Counted from the stretch's first letter, positions 9,275 to 18,249 are shown. The stretch is 33,759 bases of DNA from Thermoplasmatota archaeon (GCA_031961525.1 JAVRLI010000003.1:1-33759); one strand, 5' to 3'. Translations and numbers: made by a program. Notes: generated by a model not told the origin, from the sequence alone.

Positions 9275-9612
9275 ACAGGATATATTTTTCAATAGGTATT
9301 ATTTTCCTTTTCCTTTCACTTATTTTTGTTGCTGTTGGTATATGGAAGGGTTACCTTAAATTCATATGGGCAATTGTTCCTATTATTGTGGGTACAGGTA
9401 TTTTTTCAGCAATAATTTTCATAACACTTGTTCTTGGCATGATATTTCTCTTCTTTTCATTAAGTGAAGGTGCACAGGAATCAAACTTTGAATACGGTGG
9501 TGCAATAGTCATAGGACCATTTCCAATAGTGTTTGGATCATCCAGATGGATGATAATCGTTTCATTAATTTTACTCATAATCTTTATTTTCCTTCTCATT
9601 CTTTTTTTATGA
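9271..9612 (+). CDS. DUF131 (TIGR00304-like) membrane protein
   Basis: Three hydrophobic segments and GGAIVIGPFPIVFGSS motif; ATGA overlap with upstream gene. Confidence 0.82.
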   Translation: MNRIYFSIGIIFLFLSLIFVAVGIWKGYLKFIWAIVPIIVGTGIFSAIIFITLVLGMIFLFFSLSEGAQESNFEYGGAIVIGPFPIVFGSSRWMIIVSLILLIIFIFLLILFL

Positions 9613-10231
9613 TACCATTCCTGTAAACTGGTAAAATTGGCATTGAATTTAATGACAGAGCAAAATGAATATCGTTCTCAAATCCCATTCTCCTTAGCCT
9701 TTCAGCACTTTTAGATTTAATTATTTTCTCTTTCAAATTTTCAAAATCAATAAAGACCCCCAGTTTTTTCCCCTTTATATAAGAGGCACAGTAAAAATCC
9801 TCAATGGAAAAAATGTCCTTTCTGTTTGCACAGACAAGATCAGCATCATATCCTATATTATTCGCTATTAAATCGGCATTAAGGAAACTGGCAATATAAA
9901 CAACAGGTGATTTTATTTTTTTTAGAACCCTTGTACCGTTTGTTGAAACAAAAATAACATTCTTTCCATTTAATTCAGCATTCATCAATTCATTAGGCGA
10001 GTTATTGTAATGGAAACCATCTATTTTTATACCATCCCTTTCACCAATCAATATGTAATCCTTTTTTTGGGAATAAATCTTCCATGCCTCATTCTCATTT
10101 TTTGCTGGTATTATTTCATTAACACCTTTTTTAAACATTACAACAATACTTGTTGTTGCCCTGAAAACATCGATCAAAACAGCCTCTTTTGATATAATTG
10201 ATTCAGCCTTGAATCCATTTATTATTCTCAT
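9596..10231 (-). CDS. comB: 2-phosphosulfolactate phosphatase family protein
   Basis: IDVFRATTSI, GERDG, NNSP, STNGT, ASFLNA and EDFYCA motifs. Confidence 0.85.
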   Translation of the reverse strand: MRIINGFKAESIISKEAVLIDVFRATTSIVVMFKKGVNEIIPAKNENEAWKIYSQKKDYILIGERDGIKIDGFHYNNSPNELMNAELNGKNVIFVSTNGTRVLKKIKSPVVYIASFLNADLIANNIGYDADLVCANRKDIFSIEDFYCASYIKGKKLGVFIDFENLKEKIIKSKSAERLRRMGFENDIHFALSLNSMPILPVYRNGIIKKE

Positions 10232-10587
10232 ATTACCTCCACATTAATTTCATTCCCGTTCCTGTCATAACATTTGAAATTTTCAGGTTTAAAGGGATAA
10301 CCGACTATGATGTGAATTTTACCTGTTTTTGAAAAGAGATCAAGATCCTCAGGACTCGGATAAAGTATACCTGAAGGATGTGAATGGACAGTTCCAACAA
10401 TTGAAAAATCTATAGGTTTCATGTAAAGCTGATAGACAGCGCTTCTCTTTCCTGATATTGTTCCAGGTAACATAAGTATTTCATAAATTATGTCACCCTC
10501 AGCCCTTAAAAATGCAGCAAATTCATTTGGATATGTATCCCTTGCACTTTCCATAATCATCCTTAAAAGTTCACCCTTAATTTTCAT
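10228..10587 (-). CDS. JAB/MPN+ (JAMM) metalloprotease
   Basis: PNEF glutamate and HSHPSG..PSPED zinc-binding motif. Confidence 0.9.
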   Translation of the reverse strand: MKIKGELLRMIMESARDTYPNEFAAFLRAEGDIIYEILMLPGTISGKRSAVYQLYMKPIDFSIVGTVHSHPSGILYPSPEDLDLFSKTGKIHIIVGYPFKPENFKCYDRNGNEINVEVI

Positions 10588-11387
10588 ATGAGTTTCTCTC
10601 TCAATTTTTCATAAAAATTCAGATTAAACCTGATGAATGTTGCCTGGTGTTCACTTTCTGATAGTTTTATTACATCCTTCTGCGTTATTTTTTTATTAAC
10701 CTGTCCATCAAGAACAAGAACACTTGATCTTTTTGGATCAAGCAAATGTATTTCAAGGTTTGAAGAGCTTGGTATAACATGTGATCTTATTCCAAGTTTA
10801 AAGGGTGCAATGTAGGTAATAACGAATGCATCAATCCTTGGATCAACGATCGGTCCTCCAGTACTTAGAGCATAGGATGTTGATCCTGTTGCAGTTGCAA
10901 CAATAAGGCCATCGGCTCTAAGGTCCTCAAGCAATTGATTGTCAATATAAATTGCATAAGTTCTCAGTTTTGCAATTTCAGATGTGTGTATAACAACTTC
11001 ATTTGTACAATCGGGTAATCTTTTATCGTTAAGAATAACCTTTAATTTTTTCCTTTTATCAAGGTAATAGTTACCTGAAATAAGCCTATCAAGCGATGAT
11101 TCAAGATCAACGGGCACAATCTCCGTAAGAAAACCCAGTTTTCCAAGATTTAATGGAAATATTGGTTTATTCGTGTTCTGCAATGTTTTAAGTACAGTTC
11201 CATCACCGCCCACAGTAATAACAATATCCACATCCATGTTTTTTAAATCAACACCATCCATTCCTATTTTCTTTGCAGTTGATTTTTCAAGAACAACATC
11301 ATGATCCTTTGAGAGATAATCATAAACAACCTTAACAACCTTAAGGGATCTTTTTACCTCAGGATTACCAACAAGACCAAATTTCAT
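10584..11387 (-). CDS. nadK: NAD(+) kinase
   Basis: GGDGTVL, GKLGFL, NE, DGLIVATATGSTSYALSTGGP motifs. Confidence 0.95.
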   Translation of the reverse strand: MKFGLVGNPEVKRSLKVVKVVYDYLSKDHDVVLEKSTAKKIGMDGVDLKNMDVDIVITVGGDGTVLKTLQNTNKPIFPLNLGKLGFLTEIVPVDLESSLDRLISGNYYLDKRKKLKVILNDKRLPDCTNEVVIHTSEIAKLRTYAIYIDNQLLEDLRADGLIVATATGSTSYALSTGGPIVDPRIDAFVITYIAPFKLGIRSHVIPSSSNLEIHLLDPKRSSVLVLDGQVNKKITQKDVIKLSESEHQATFIRFNLNFYEKLREKLI

Positions 11388-11390
11388 CTT

Positions 11391-12167
11391 TCACACCCCG
11401 TAGGGATTGTTTTCCTTATTACCTATGGCAATGACATTTTTTCTTTCAAGAAGATTCAGGTTCATGTTTAAAGGTTTCATTGTTCCAAGATCAAAAACCT
11501 CACCTCCAGCCTCCCTTACAATGAAAGAGCTTGCTGCAATATCTACGATCCTCAAAACACCTTTCCTTGAATAATCATAAACAAAAACATCCGCAATACC
11601 CTCCGCAACAAGGAGCATTTCAAGGGATGCACAGCCCATGGACCTTACTCTTCTTGAATTTTTTATGAGACTGAATACCCTTTCATTCACATTTTTTCCC
11701 AGACTTATCACGGACAGTTTTTCACCATCACCCTTTTTTGTATGTATCCTTCTGTTCTCAAAATATGCACCATTACCCCTTTCCGCCCAGTATGATTTTC
11801 CTGAAACAAGGTTCATTACAAGTGCATATTTTGTTGAAAACATATCCTTTTCCATCACCGCCATCGATATGGAATAGAAGGGTATGTTTCTTTCGGCATT
11901 AAATGAACCATCAAGTGGATCAAGAACAAGCGTAAGTGTCTTATTCCTGTCCCAGTAACCGTATTCTTCACTTAGAACGTTGAATGGAAGATCCTTTTCC
12001 TTCACAATACTGAAAACTTCATTTTCAGCAACAAGGTCTATGTTTGATGTTGGTGTCCCGTCCGCACCTATCTTTATGACCTTACCGGCCTCATCAAATT
12101 TTTTTTCAAGGTAATCATCAACCTTTTCCTTCACGGATTTTCCAATTTCTCTCAGCTCATGGATCAT
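11391..12167 (-). CDS. Inositol monophosphatase/FBPase (FIG) family phosphatase, possibly NADP phosphatase
   Basis: GADGTPT..ID, LSEE, DPLDGSFN, RSMGCASLE, DIAAS..IVREAGG. TTTTTATA box ~23 nt upstream suggests a leaderless transcript. Confidence 0.9.
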   Translation of the reverse strand: MIHELREIGKSVKEKVDDYLEKKFDEAGKVIKIGADGTPTSNIDLVAENEVFSIVKEKDLPFNVLSEEYGYWDRNKTLTLVLDPLDGSFNAERNIPFYSISMAVMEKDMFSTKYALVMNLVSGKSYWAERGNGAYFENRRIHTKKGDGEKLSVISLGKNVNERVFSLIKNSRRVRSMGCASLEMLLVAEGIADVFVYDYSRKGVLRIVDIAASSFIVREAGGEVFDLGTMKPLNMNLNLLERKNVIAIGNKENNPYGV

Positions 12168-12200
12168 TATGCTTGTTATGAAGTATCCGTATAAAAATTT

Positions 12201-14147
12201 TCACGAATATTTTATTATCAAACTTCTTATAATATCTGCAACATCATCACACATATCTGTTATTTTTTCACAGCTCTCATATATTTCCTTGAATTTAATG
12301 AGTGCATTTGTATCATTTTTCTTAACAATTTCCCTTAAAACGTTATCAACTATATCATCCGCATAGTTCTCAAGTTTGTGTATATCCTCGCATCTTTCAA
12401 GTATATCACCGTATTCACCAAGCCTTATTGCAAGAATTTCGTTCAAAGCATCATAAAGTTGGCTCACGGCCTTCAGGTTTATTTCAGCAAGGGCAACAAG
12501 CTCTGATGTACTTTCTTTTATTCCATATATGATTATTTTTTTGCTTGCCGCTTCTATTGCATCAATTATGTTATCCAGGCCCTTTATTATTGAAACGAGA
12601 TCCAGTGTATCAATTGGTGATGGAAATTTTCTGTTCAATTTTGAAAAAATATCCGAAACTATTTTATCGTTAAGATGCTCCAGCTCCTTTATATATTTCT
12701 GTTTTTCTTCCCTATTATCGAACTCTATTACCATTTCATAGAATGCTGTTGCAGCACTTTTGACGTTTGTACCCAGTTGCTTTATGTAGTTTGAAAATTC
12801 CCTGAATACCGTTGATGCCTCTTCAAGTGATAGTGCTCTTGTTTCCTCACCAAGTAAAATTGTTACAGTAAGGCCTGCAAAGGCTGCAAGGGAAACAAAG
12901 AATAATGTTATACTCAAGCCGAAAAGAGACTGTAGTAAAGGTAATAAAAATACACCTGTTATTGCACCGAGCCTGCTTATTGCAGCAGATGATCCCTGTG
13001 CCGTTGCCCTGAGCCTTGTTGGGAAAAGTTCTGTTGCAATAACCCAGGTTGTTGTATTCGGTCCGGAATTTTCACTCAGCTGGAATATAGCGAAAAGAAG
13101 AATGAGGATCAATGGCTCAACAGGATTTATAAGACCCAGGATCAAAAGTGAAAGTCCCATTCCCAAAAATCCTAATATCTGCAATTTCAACCTTCCAACC
13201 CTGTCTATGAGAAGAATTGCAATAATAAAACCTATAACGCCGAAAAGATCAAGTATTGCTGTACCAAGAATTGCATCAATATCCGTTTTAAAGCCCATGA
13301 CTCTAAGTATTGTTGGCTGAAAAATGCCTATACCATAAACAGCAATATCCATGAAAAACCATGGTATCCAGGCAAAAAGTGTTCTCCTGATGTAAATTGG
13401 GCTTAGCAAATCCTTTATCCTTGTTTTTTCTCTTTTTACCTTCAATATTTTATTCTCATCCACATTTGCATTGAGTGATTTAAGAACATTTATGGCCTCC
13501 TTAATCTTACCCTGTGAAATAAGCCATCTTGGCGATTCAGGCATTTTTGTTCTAAGCAAAATTACAACAATTGCGGGAATGACGCCAGATAACAGCATGT
13601 ATCTCCAGGAATCCGGACCCAGTTGGGCAAGAATATAACCAACAATTGCTGCGGTAAAGGCTCCTATACCCCAGAATGTGAATGTTGAGGAAATGAATTT
13701 ACCCCTTTTACTTGCGGGTGCAAATTCGGATATGTATGTTGAACTTATTGGATAATCTGCACCTATTCCTATACCAAGCAAAAACCTGAATAGTATCAGT
13801 TCCCATATGTTCTGTGATAAGGCGGAAATTCCGGCAAAGACAACAAAAAATATCAGATCAATAACATACATGGTTTTTCTGCCCATTCTGTCAGTGTAAT
13901 GGCCAAGGGTGAGCGCACCAACAAACATTCCCATTAAAGCTGAGGATGCAACAAGGCCGAGGGCTATTGATTGTTCCAATGGTGGAAGTGTGTATACCCA
14001 TAAAGGCTTAACAAACAATAAAACAACACTGATTATGAAAAGATCATAACCGTCAAGAAAAACACCTGCGGCTGAAAGTAAAAGCATTTTATAATGGAAT
14101 ATGGAAACTTCCATTTTATCAATGGCTGATTCAATGGATTCTACCAT
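12201..14147 (-). CDS. Pho84/PHS-like MFS transporter fused to a C-terminal DUF47 (PhoU-like) domain
   Basis: MFS motifs FLDGYDL, DRMGRK, GIGIGADYP, WFFMDIAVYG, GPNTTT..ELFPTRLRAT. After ETRALSLEE comes a ~200-aa DUF47 (IKELEH..D, PID..D, LDNIIDAIE, LENYADD, IKFKEIYE..E...D.CDDVA). ATG 14147 sits ~24 nt after a TATA-like TTTTTAAC. Confidence 0.88.
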   Translation of the reverse strand: MVESIESAIDKMEVSIFHYKMLLLSAAGVFLDGYDLFIISVVLLFVKPLWVYTLPPLEQSIALGLVASSALMGMFVGALTLGHYTDRMGRKTMYVIDLIFFVVFAGISALSQNIWELILFRFLLGIGIGADYPISSTYISEFAPASKRGKFISSTFTFWGIGAFTAAIVGYILAQLGPDSWRYMLLSGVIPAIVVILLRTKMPESPRWLISQGKIKEAINVLKSLNANVDENKILKVKREKTRIKDLLSPIYIRRTLFAWIPWFFMDIAVYGIGIFQPTILRVMGFKTDIDAILGTAILDLFGVIGFIIAILLIDRVGRLKLQILGFLGMGLSLLILGLINPVEPLILILLFAIFQLSENSGPNTTTWVIATELFPTRLRATAQGSSAAISRLGAITGVFLLPLLQSLFGLSITLFFVSLAAFAGLTVTILLGEETRALSLEEASTVFREFSNYIKQLGTNVKSAATAFYEMVIEFDNREEKQKYIKELEHLNDKIVSDIFSKLNRKFPSPIDTLDLVSIIKGLDNIIDAIEAASKKIIIYGIKESTSELVALAEINLKAVSQLYDALNEILAIRLGEYGDILERCEDIHKLENYADDIVDNVLREIVKKNDTNALIKFKEIYESCEKITDMCDDVADIIRSLIIKYS

Positions 14148-14238
14148 GTTTATTGGAAATGAAACATTAGTTAAAAACATTTTGAAATTTTTTTGTAAAA
14201 ACGATACATTTTAATATTCAATGTAATTTCTAATTTCC

Positions 14239-14466
14239 ATGGATCAACCAGTTAAACCATTACAGATACTTCAAAATTCACTGAACAAAAATGTTCTCGT
14301 TTGCGTTAAGGGGAATAAGGAATATAGAGGCATACTTACAGGTTATGATCAGCATATGAATCTTGTTTTGAAAAATGCTGAGGAATTTTCCGATAATCAA
14401 TCAAGGGGAACATACCCGGTTGTTGTTGTTAGAGGAGATAATGTAATTTACATTTCTCCATCATAA
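14239..14466 (+). CDS. Sm-like archaeal protein (SmAP/Lsm)
   Basis: Sm1 GILTGYDQHMNLVL and Sm2 VVVRGDNVIYISP; upstream of rpl37e as usual. Confidence 0.95.
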   Translation: MDQPVKPLQILQNSLNKNVLVCVKGNKEYRGILTGYDQHMNLVLKNAEEFSDNQSRGTYPVVVVRGDNVIYISPS

Positions 14467-14478
14467 GAGGTGTTTTAA

Positions 14479-14643
14479 ATGGGATCTGGTACACCAGCAA
14501 TGGGTAAAAAGAGCAAAAATAAAACGCACATTGTATGCAGGAGATGCGGTCATAGAACCTATAATGTTAGGGAGAAGAGGTGTTCACACTGTGGTTTCCC
14601 AGCACCCAGGCTACGTCACTATTCCTGGGCGAAAAAGAAATGA
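14479..14643 (+). CDS. rpl37e: 50S ribosomal protein L37e (54 aa; not in ORF track)
   Basis: Manual translation MGSGTPAMGKKSKNKTHIVCRRCGHRTYNVREKRCSHCGFPAPRLRHYSWAKKK*; C4 zinc finger; GAGGTG RBS upstream. Confidence 0.96.
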   Translation: MGSGTPAMGKKSKNKTHIVCRRCGHRTYNVREKRCSHCGFPAPRLRHYSWAKKK

Positions 14644-16030
14644 GCATTGTGGTGTTGTTGGATTCAAGGTAAGGGGAAACTCAGCACCATACATTTATTA
14701 TTCCTTAAGATCACTTCAGCACAGGGGACAGGAATCTGCAGGAATAGCTGCATACGATGGTAAAATAATAAATATAAGGGGAATGGGTCTTGTACATGAG
14801 GTTTTTAACGTTGATTATTTGAAAAAATTGTCTGCAAGGGTTGGTATAGGCCATGTTAGATATTCAACTGCAGGTGCATCAACAATAAACAATGCTCAGC
14901 CAATACTTATTCATACAATTGTTGGTGATATGGCAATAGCACATAATGGTGAAATAGCAAATGCGCAGGAATTGAAGAATAATCTTGCCTTACAGGGTAT
15001 ATCCTTCACAACGGATTCAGATAGTGAGGTCTTCCTTAATTTAATAGCCTATCACATAAGCAGATCTGGCGATATAATTGAAGGTATAAAGAAATCCATG
15101 CAGATGGCAAAGGGATCCTATTCAATTGTTCTCCTTATTAACGATAGACTTTTTGCCATCAGGGATCCGCTTGCAATCAGGCCACTTGTTTTGGGAAAGG
15201 TTGATGATGGATATGGTGTTGCATCAGAATCCGTTGCCTTTGATACTGTTGGTGGTGAGATAATAAGGGATGTTACACCTGGTGAAATTGTTGAAATAAC
15301 GGAAAATGGATTGAGGGAACATTATGTTATGAATACTGAGGAACATACAGCACACTGTATGTTTGAGTATGTTTATTTTGCAAGGGCGGATAGTATAATA
15401 GATGGTAAAAATATTTATGATGTTAGAATAAAACTTGGTAGGATACTTGCGAGGGAAAGTCCTGTTGATGCTGACATTGTTGTACCTGTCCCGGATTCAG
15501 GAAGGACACATGCCTTCGGTTATTCACTTGAATCCGGTATACCTTTCGCTGAAGGTTTGATGAAAAACAGGTATGTTGATAGAACATTCATCATTCCAGA
15601 TCAGAGCGGAAGGATTGAGGAAATAAAATTAAAGCTGAACCCGGTGAAGGATGTTGTTAGAGGTAAAAGGGTTGTTCTTGTCGATGATAGTATAGTGAGA
15701 GGAAACACAATGAAAAAGATTGTAAGACTTTTAAAATCAGCTGGAGCTAGGGAAGTTCATGTAAGGATAGGATCACCACCCATAGTAGCTCCATGCTACC
15801 TTGGTATTGATATGAAAACAAGGAAGGAATTTATTGCAACAGGAAAAAGTGTTGAAGAAATTAGAAATATTATTGGGGCGGATTCACTTGCATATCTTAG
15901 CCTTGATGGTCTTGTTGAGGCAATAGGTTTTCCTAAAGAAGACATATGCCTTGCATGTTTAACAGGTATTTATCCCGTTGAAATACCTGGTGAACTTTTC
16001 ATAAAACAGAAAAAAATAGATCAGTTCTGA
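14591..16030 (+). CDS. purF: Amidophosphoribosyltransferase (Fe-S, propeptide type)
   Basis: Catalytic CG at 14648, LQHRGQESAG, GHVRYST, AHNG, CMFEYVYFAR, VDDSIVRGNT, PCYLGID, CLAC. Start placed at GTG 14591 (GAGGTG RBS 8 nt upstream). Confidence 0.93.
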   Translation: MVSQHPGYVTIPGRKRNEHCGVVGFKVRGNSAPYIYYSLRSLQHRGQESAGIAAYDGKIINIRGMGLVHEVFNVDYLKKLSARVGIGHVRYSTAGASTINNAQPILIHTIVGDMAIAHNGEIANAQELKNNLALQGISFTTDSDSEVFLNLIAYHISRSGDIIEGIKKSMQMAKGSYSIVLLINDRLFAIRDPLAIRPLVLGKVDDGYGVASESVAFDTVGGEIIRDVTPGEIVEITENGLREHYVMNTEEHTAHCMFEYVYFARADSIIDGKNIYDVRIKLGRILARESPVDADIVVPVPDSGRTHAFGYSLESGIPFAEGLMKNRYVDRTFIIPDQSGRIEEIKLKLNPVKDVVRGKRVVLVDDSIVRGNTMKKIVRLLKSAGAREVHVRIGSPPIVAPCYLGIDMKTRKEFIATGKSVEEIRNIIGADSLAYLSLDGLVEAIGFPKEDICLACLTGIYPVEIPGELFIKQKKIDQF

Positions 16031-16830
16031 TCACTATTTCCATATTTATCAATTCTTGCAGCAATCGCGATTCTGTTTGCAAGTCTTCTTGCCATTTTTC
16101 CACTTTCCCTGCTTCCATGAACAAGTGGATGTTTGAATATTATTCCATGCTTTGGCCCAGGTGTTTTCTTTTTTCTTGAAATGTACATGGCCCTTCCTGC
16201 TCCAAGTACCTGTATTCTGCTCCCCGGAAATGATGAAAGATTATCAATGCCATTGGCAAGGTAGATTAACTGGGCACCCAGCAAAGGTCCAGCAACCTTT
16301 GTAAGGTTGGGTGCATTCTTTTTCATAAGATCCTCAATATATGTTTCGGTTTTCTTTTTTAATTCTGATAAATTTTTCAAGCTTTCCACAGCCCTTTTCA
16401 TGATTTCAAAGTTTCCATAATCCATTGACAAGATCTTTTTAATGAATTGATCCTCATCCATTTCATATTTTAAGAAGGGATCTACAAGATCAAATAGATC
16501 GATTATATGCTGCTTTAATTCATTCTCAATCTTTTCAATTGCAATATAGAATTTCACACTTTCCATAACATAGAGATCCCAGGATTTTTTCTCCTCAACC
16601 ATTTTTTTACCAAAAAGAATCAGAGCATCATGTAAAATTTCATTAACATTATCACTTGAAAATTCAATTTCAGGACCGAATTTATGAAAAAAGTCTTCAA
16701 GGAATGAAAAATCCCTTTTTGTTATTTTTAAATACAATTCAGAAAGTTTCTTAGGATCCTCAGGGAAATAGAAAATTTCATTTATTCCATTCTTTGAACC
16801 CTCTGCCCTGTTCCAGTAAATTTTTATCAT
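16021..16830 (-). CDS. Nop5 (Nop56/58) family box C/D sRNP protein, short and divergent
   Basis: Nop domain APNL..VAGPLLGAQLI..A.G...L...PGS.IQVLGA, PKHGIIF.HP, GKMARRLA..IAIAARID. Confidence 0.88.
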   Translation of the reverse strand: MIKIYWNRAEGSKNGINEIFYFPEDPKKLSELYLKITKRDFSFLEDFFHKFGPEIEFSSDNVNEILHDALILFGKKMVEEKKSWDLYVMESVKFYIAIEKIENELKQHIIDLFDLVDPFLKYEMDEDQFIKKILSMDYGNFEIMKRAVESLKNLSELKKKTETYIEDLMKKNAPNLTKVAGPLLGAQLIYLANGIDNLSSFPGSRIQVLGAGRAMYISRKKKTPGPKHGIIFKHPLVHGSRESGKMARRLANRIAIAARIDKYGNSDQN

Positions 16831-16855
16831 AGTTCAACAAATGTACTTTTTATAT

Positions 16856-17737
16856 TTATTTTTTCCACCATGCAGGGTATTTTTCTCTCTCAATAAAAAC
16901 ATGTTCCATTTTTGCGAATGCATCCTTATCAGATTTTTTCTCCATAATTTTTGCAACACCAACAAAAATGTTACTTTCTGAATAGACTGAAGCGTATCTA
17001 TTCTTTTCCACCTTTCCATCAATTTTTTCAATTCCTGCAGAATAAATTGGAGCACCATGTGCAAGGGCGCCCAGACTTGTATCCTTTACAATTATTTTTG
17101 GAAGGAATGAAACAAGATCCTCACCTTTCCTTAAAATTTTTCTGATGTAGGATTCATCACCTTCTTTATAGAATTCATAGGCATCCTTGAGTTCCTGCAA
17201 TGTATGTGATGAATCTTCATGCAAATGTCCAGTCCTTACCCTTCTCAGTTCAAGAAGATTTCCACCAGTACCTATTGCATCACCAAGGTCAACACAGAGC
17301 GTTCTTATATATGTACCCGACTCTGTTGAAACCCTGAAAAGAACATTTCTTTCCTCAATTTCAATAATCTCAAGTGAATAAATTTTCCTTATCCTTGTTT
17401 TTCTTGAAACCGCAGCTCTTACTGGAACGGTCTGATAAATATCACCAACAAATTCCTTAAAAACATTCCTTATCCTTTTTTCATCGGCCTTACCATGAAG
17501 ATAAAGCAATGCCACATATTCTTTATCAAGAAGGTGTAAAAGATTCACTATTTTTGTTGCCCTGTTCAGGGCAACCGGCAGAACACCTGAAACATTTGGA
17601 TCAAGTGTTCCAGCATGCCCTGCCTTTTTCACATTGAGTATTTCCTTTACCCAGGATGAAACCTGATGGCTTGTTGGCCCCTCGGGTTTATCAATCACAA
17701 CAAAACCGAAATCAAGAAGATCCTCTATTTTTTCCAT
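16856..17737 (-). CDS. cbf5: Pseudouridine synthase Cbf5 (TruB family with PUA domain)
   Basis: IDKPEGPTSHQV, catalytic GHAGTLDP, SGTYIRTLCVDLG, ELRRVRTG, C-terminal PUA and YPAWWK. Confidence 0.95.
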   Translation of the reverse strand: MEKIEDLLDFGFVVIDKPEGPTSHQVSSWVKEILNVKKAGHAGTLDPNVSGVLPVALNRATKIVNLLHLLDKEYVALLYLHGKADEKRIRNVFKEFVGDIYQTVPVRAAVSRKTRIRKIYSLEIIEIEERNVLFRVSTESGTYIRTLCVDLGDAIGTGGNLLELRRVRTGHLHEDSSHTLQELKDAYEFYKEGDESYIRKILRKGEDLVSFLPKIIVKDTSLGALAHGAPIYSAGIEKIDGKVEKNRYASVYSESNIFVGVAKIMEKKSDKDAFAKMEHVFIEREKYPAWWKK

Positions 17738-18249
17738 TCCTTCACCCTTTCAATTATATACATTGCTATTTCCTCAGGCTTTTTATCCTCCGTGTTTATC
17801 ACAAGATCGTATATTGAAAGATCCCTGAAATCTATGTTATAATACTTTTTATACCTTAAAATTTCACTCTCCTCCCTCATTCTCAGCATATCCATGCTTA
17901 TATTTTCCCTTTTACCAATCCTTTCCAGTCTTGTATTCTCATCCGCATTTAAAAATACCTTGAATGCCTTTATATCATTAAGGTATGCAAGCCATCCCGC
18001 AAGCCTTGAATCAACAACAACGTTATCCCTTGTTTTCAATATTTCCAGAAGAATTGAATCAAGTTTTTTATCAAATTCTGGATCCTTTTCAGCATATTTG
18101 CTGAATTCCTCAAGGCTCATATTATTTTCCTTTGCCATTTCTCTGAATATATCACCACCTGATACAAGATCATAGTTTAATTTTTTACATAGAATTTTTG
18201 AAACAGTTGTTTTTCCGGATCCTGGAGGGCCGCTTACCGTTATAATCAT
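17725..18249 (-). CDS. cmk: Cytidylate kinase (archaeal type)
   Basis: ITVSGPPGSGKTT P-loop, GDIFREMA, SRLAGW, RYKKYYNID. Confidence 0.93.
   Translation of the reverse strand: MIITVSGPPGSGKTTVSKILCKKLNYDLVSGGDIFREMAKENNMSLEEFSKYAEKDPEFDKKLDSILLEILKTRDNVVVDSRLAGWLAYLNDIKAFKVFLNADENTRLERIGKRENISMDMLRMREESEILRYKKYYNIDFRDLSIYDLVINTEDKKPEEIAMYIIERVKEWKK

Noticed and set aside
9596-10231. comB as evidence of coenzyme M synthesis or methanogenesis
   Set aside because: ComB homologues are widespread in non-methanogens, and no other com or mcr genes are in the window.
14531-14590. Track start of purF at TTG 14531
   Set aside because: It gives a 39-aa propeptide with no RBS; GTG 14591 has a canonical RBS at normal spacing.
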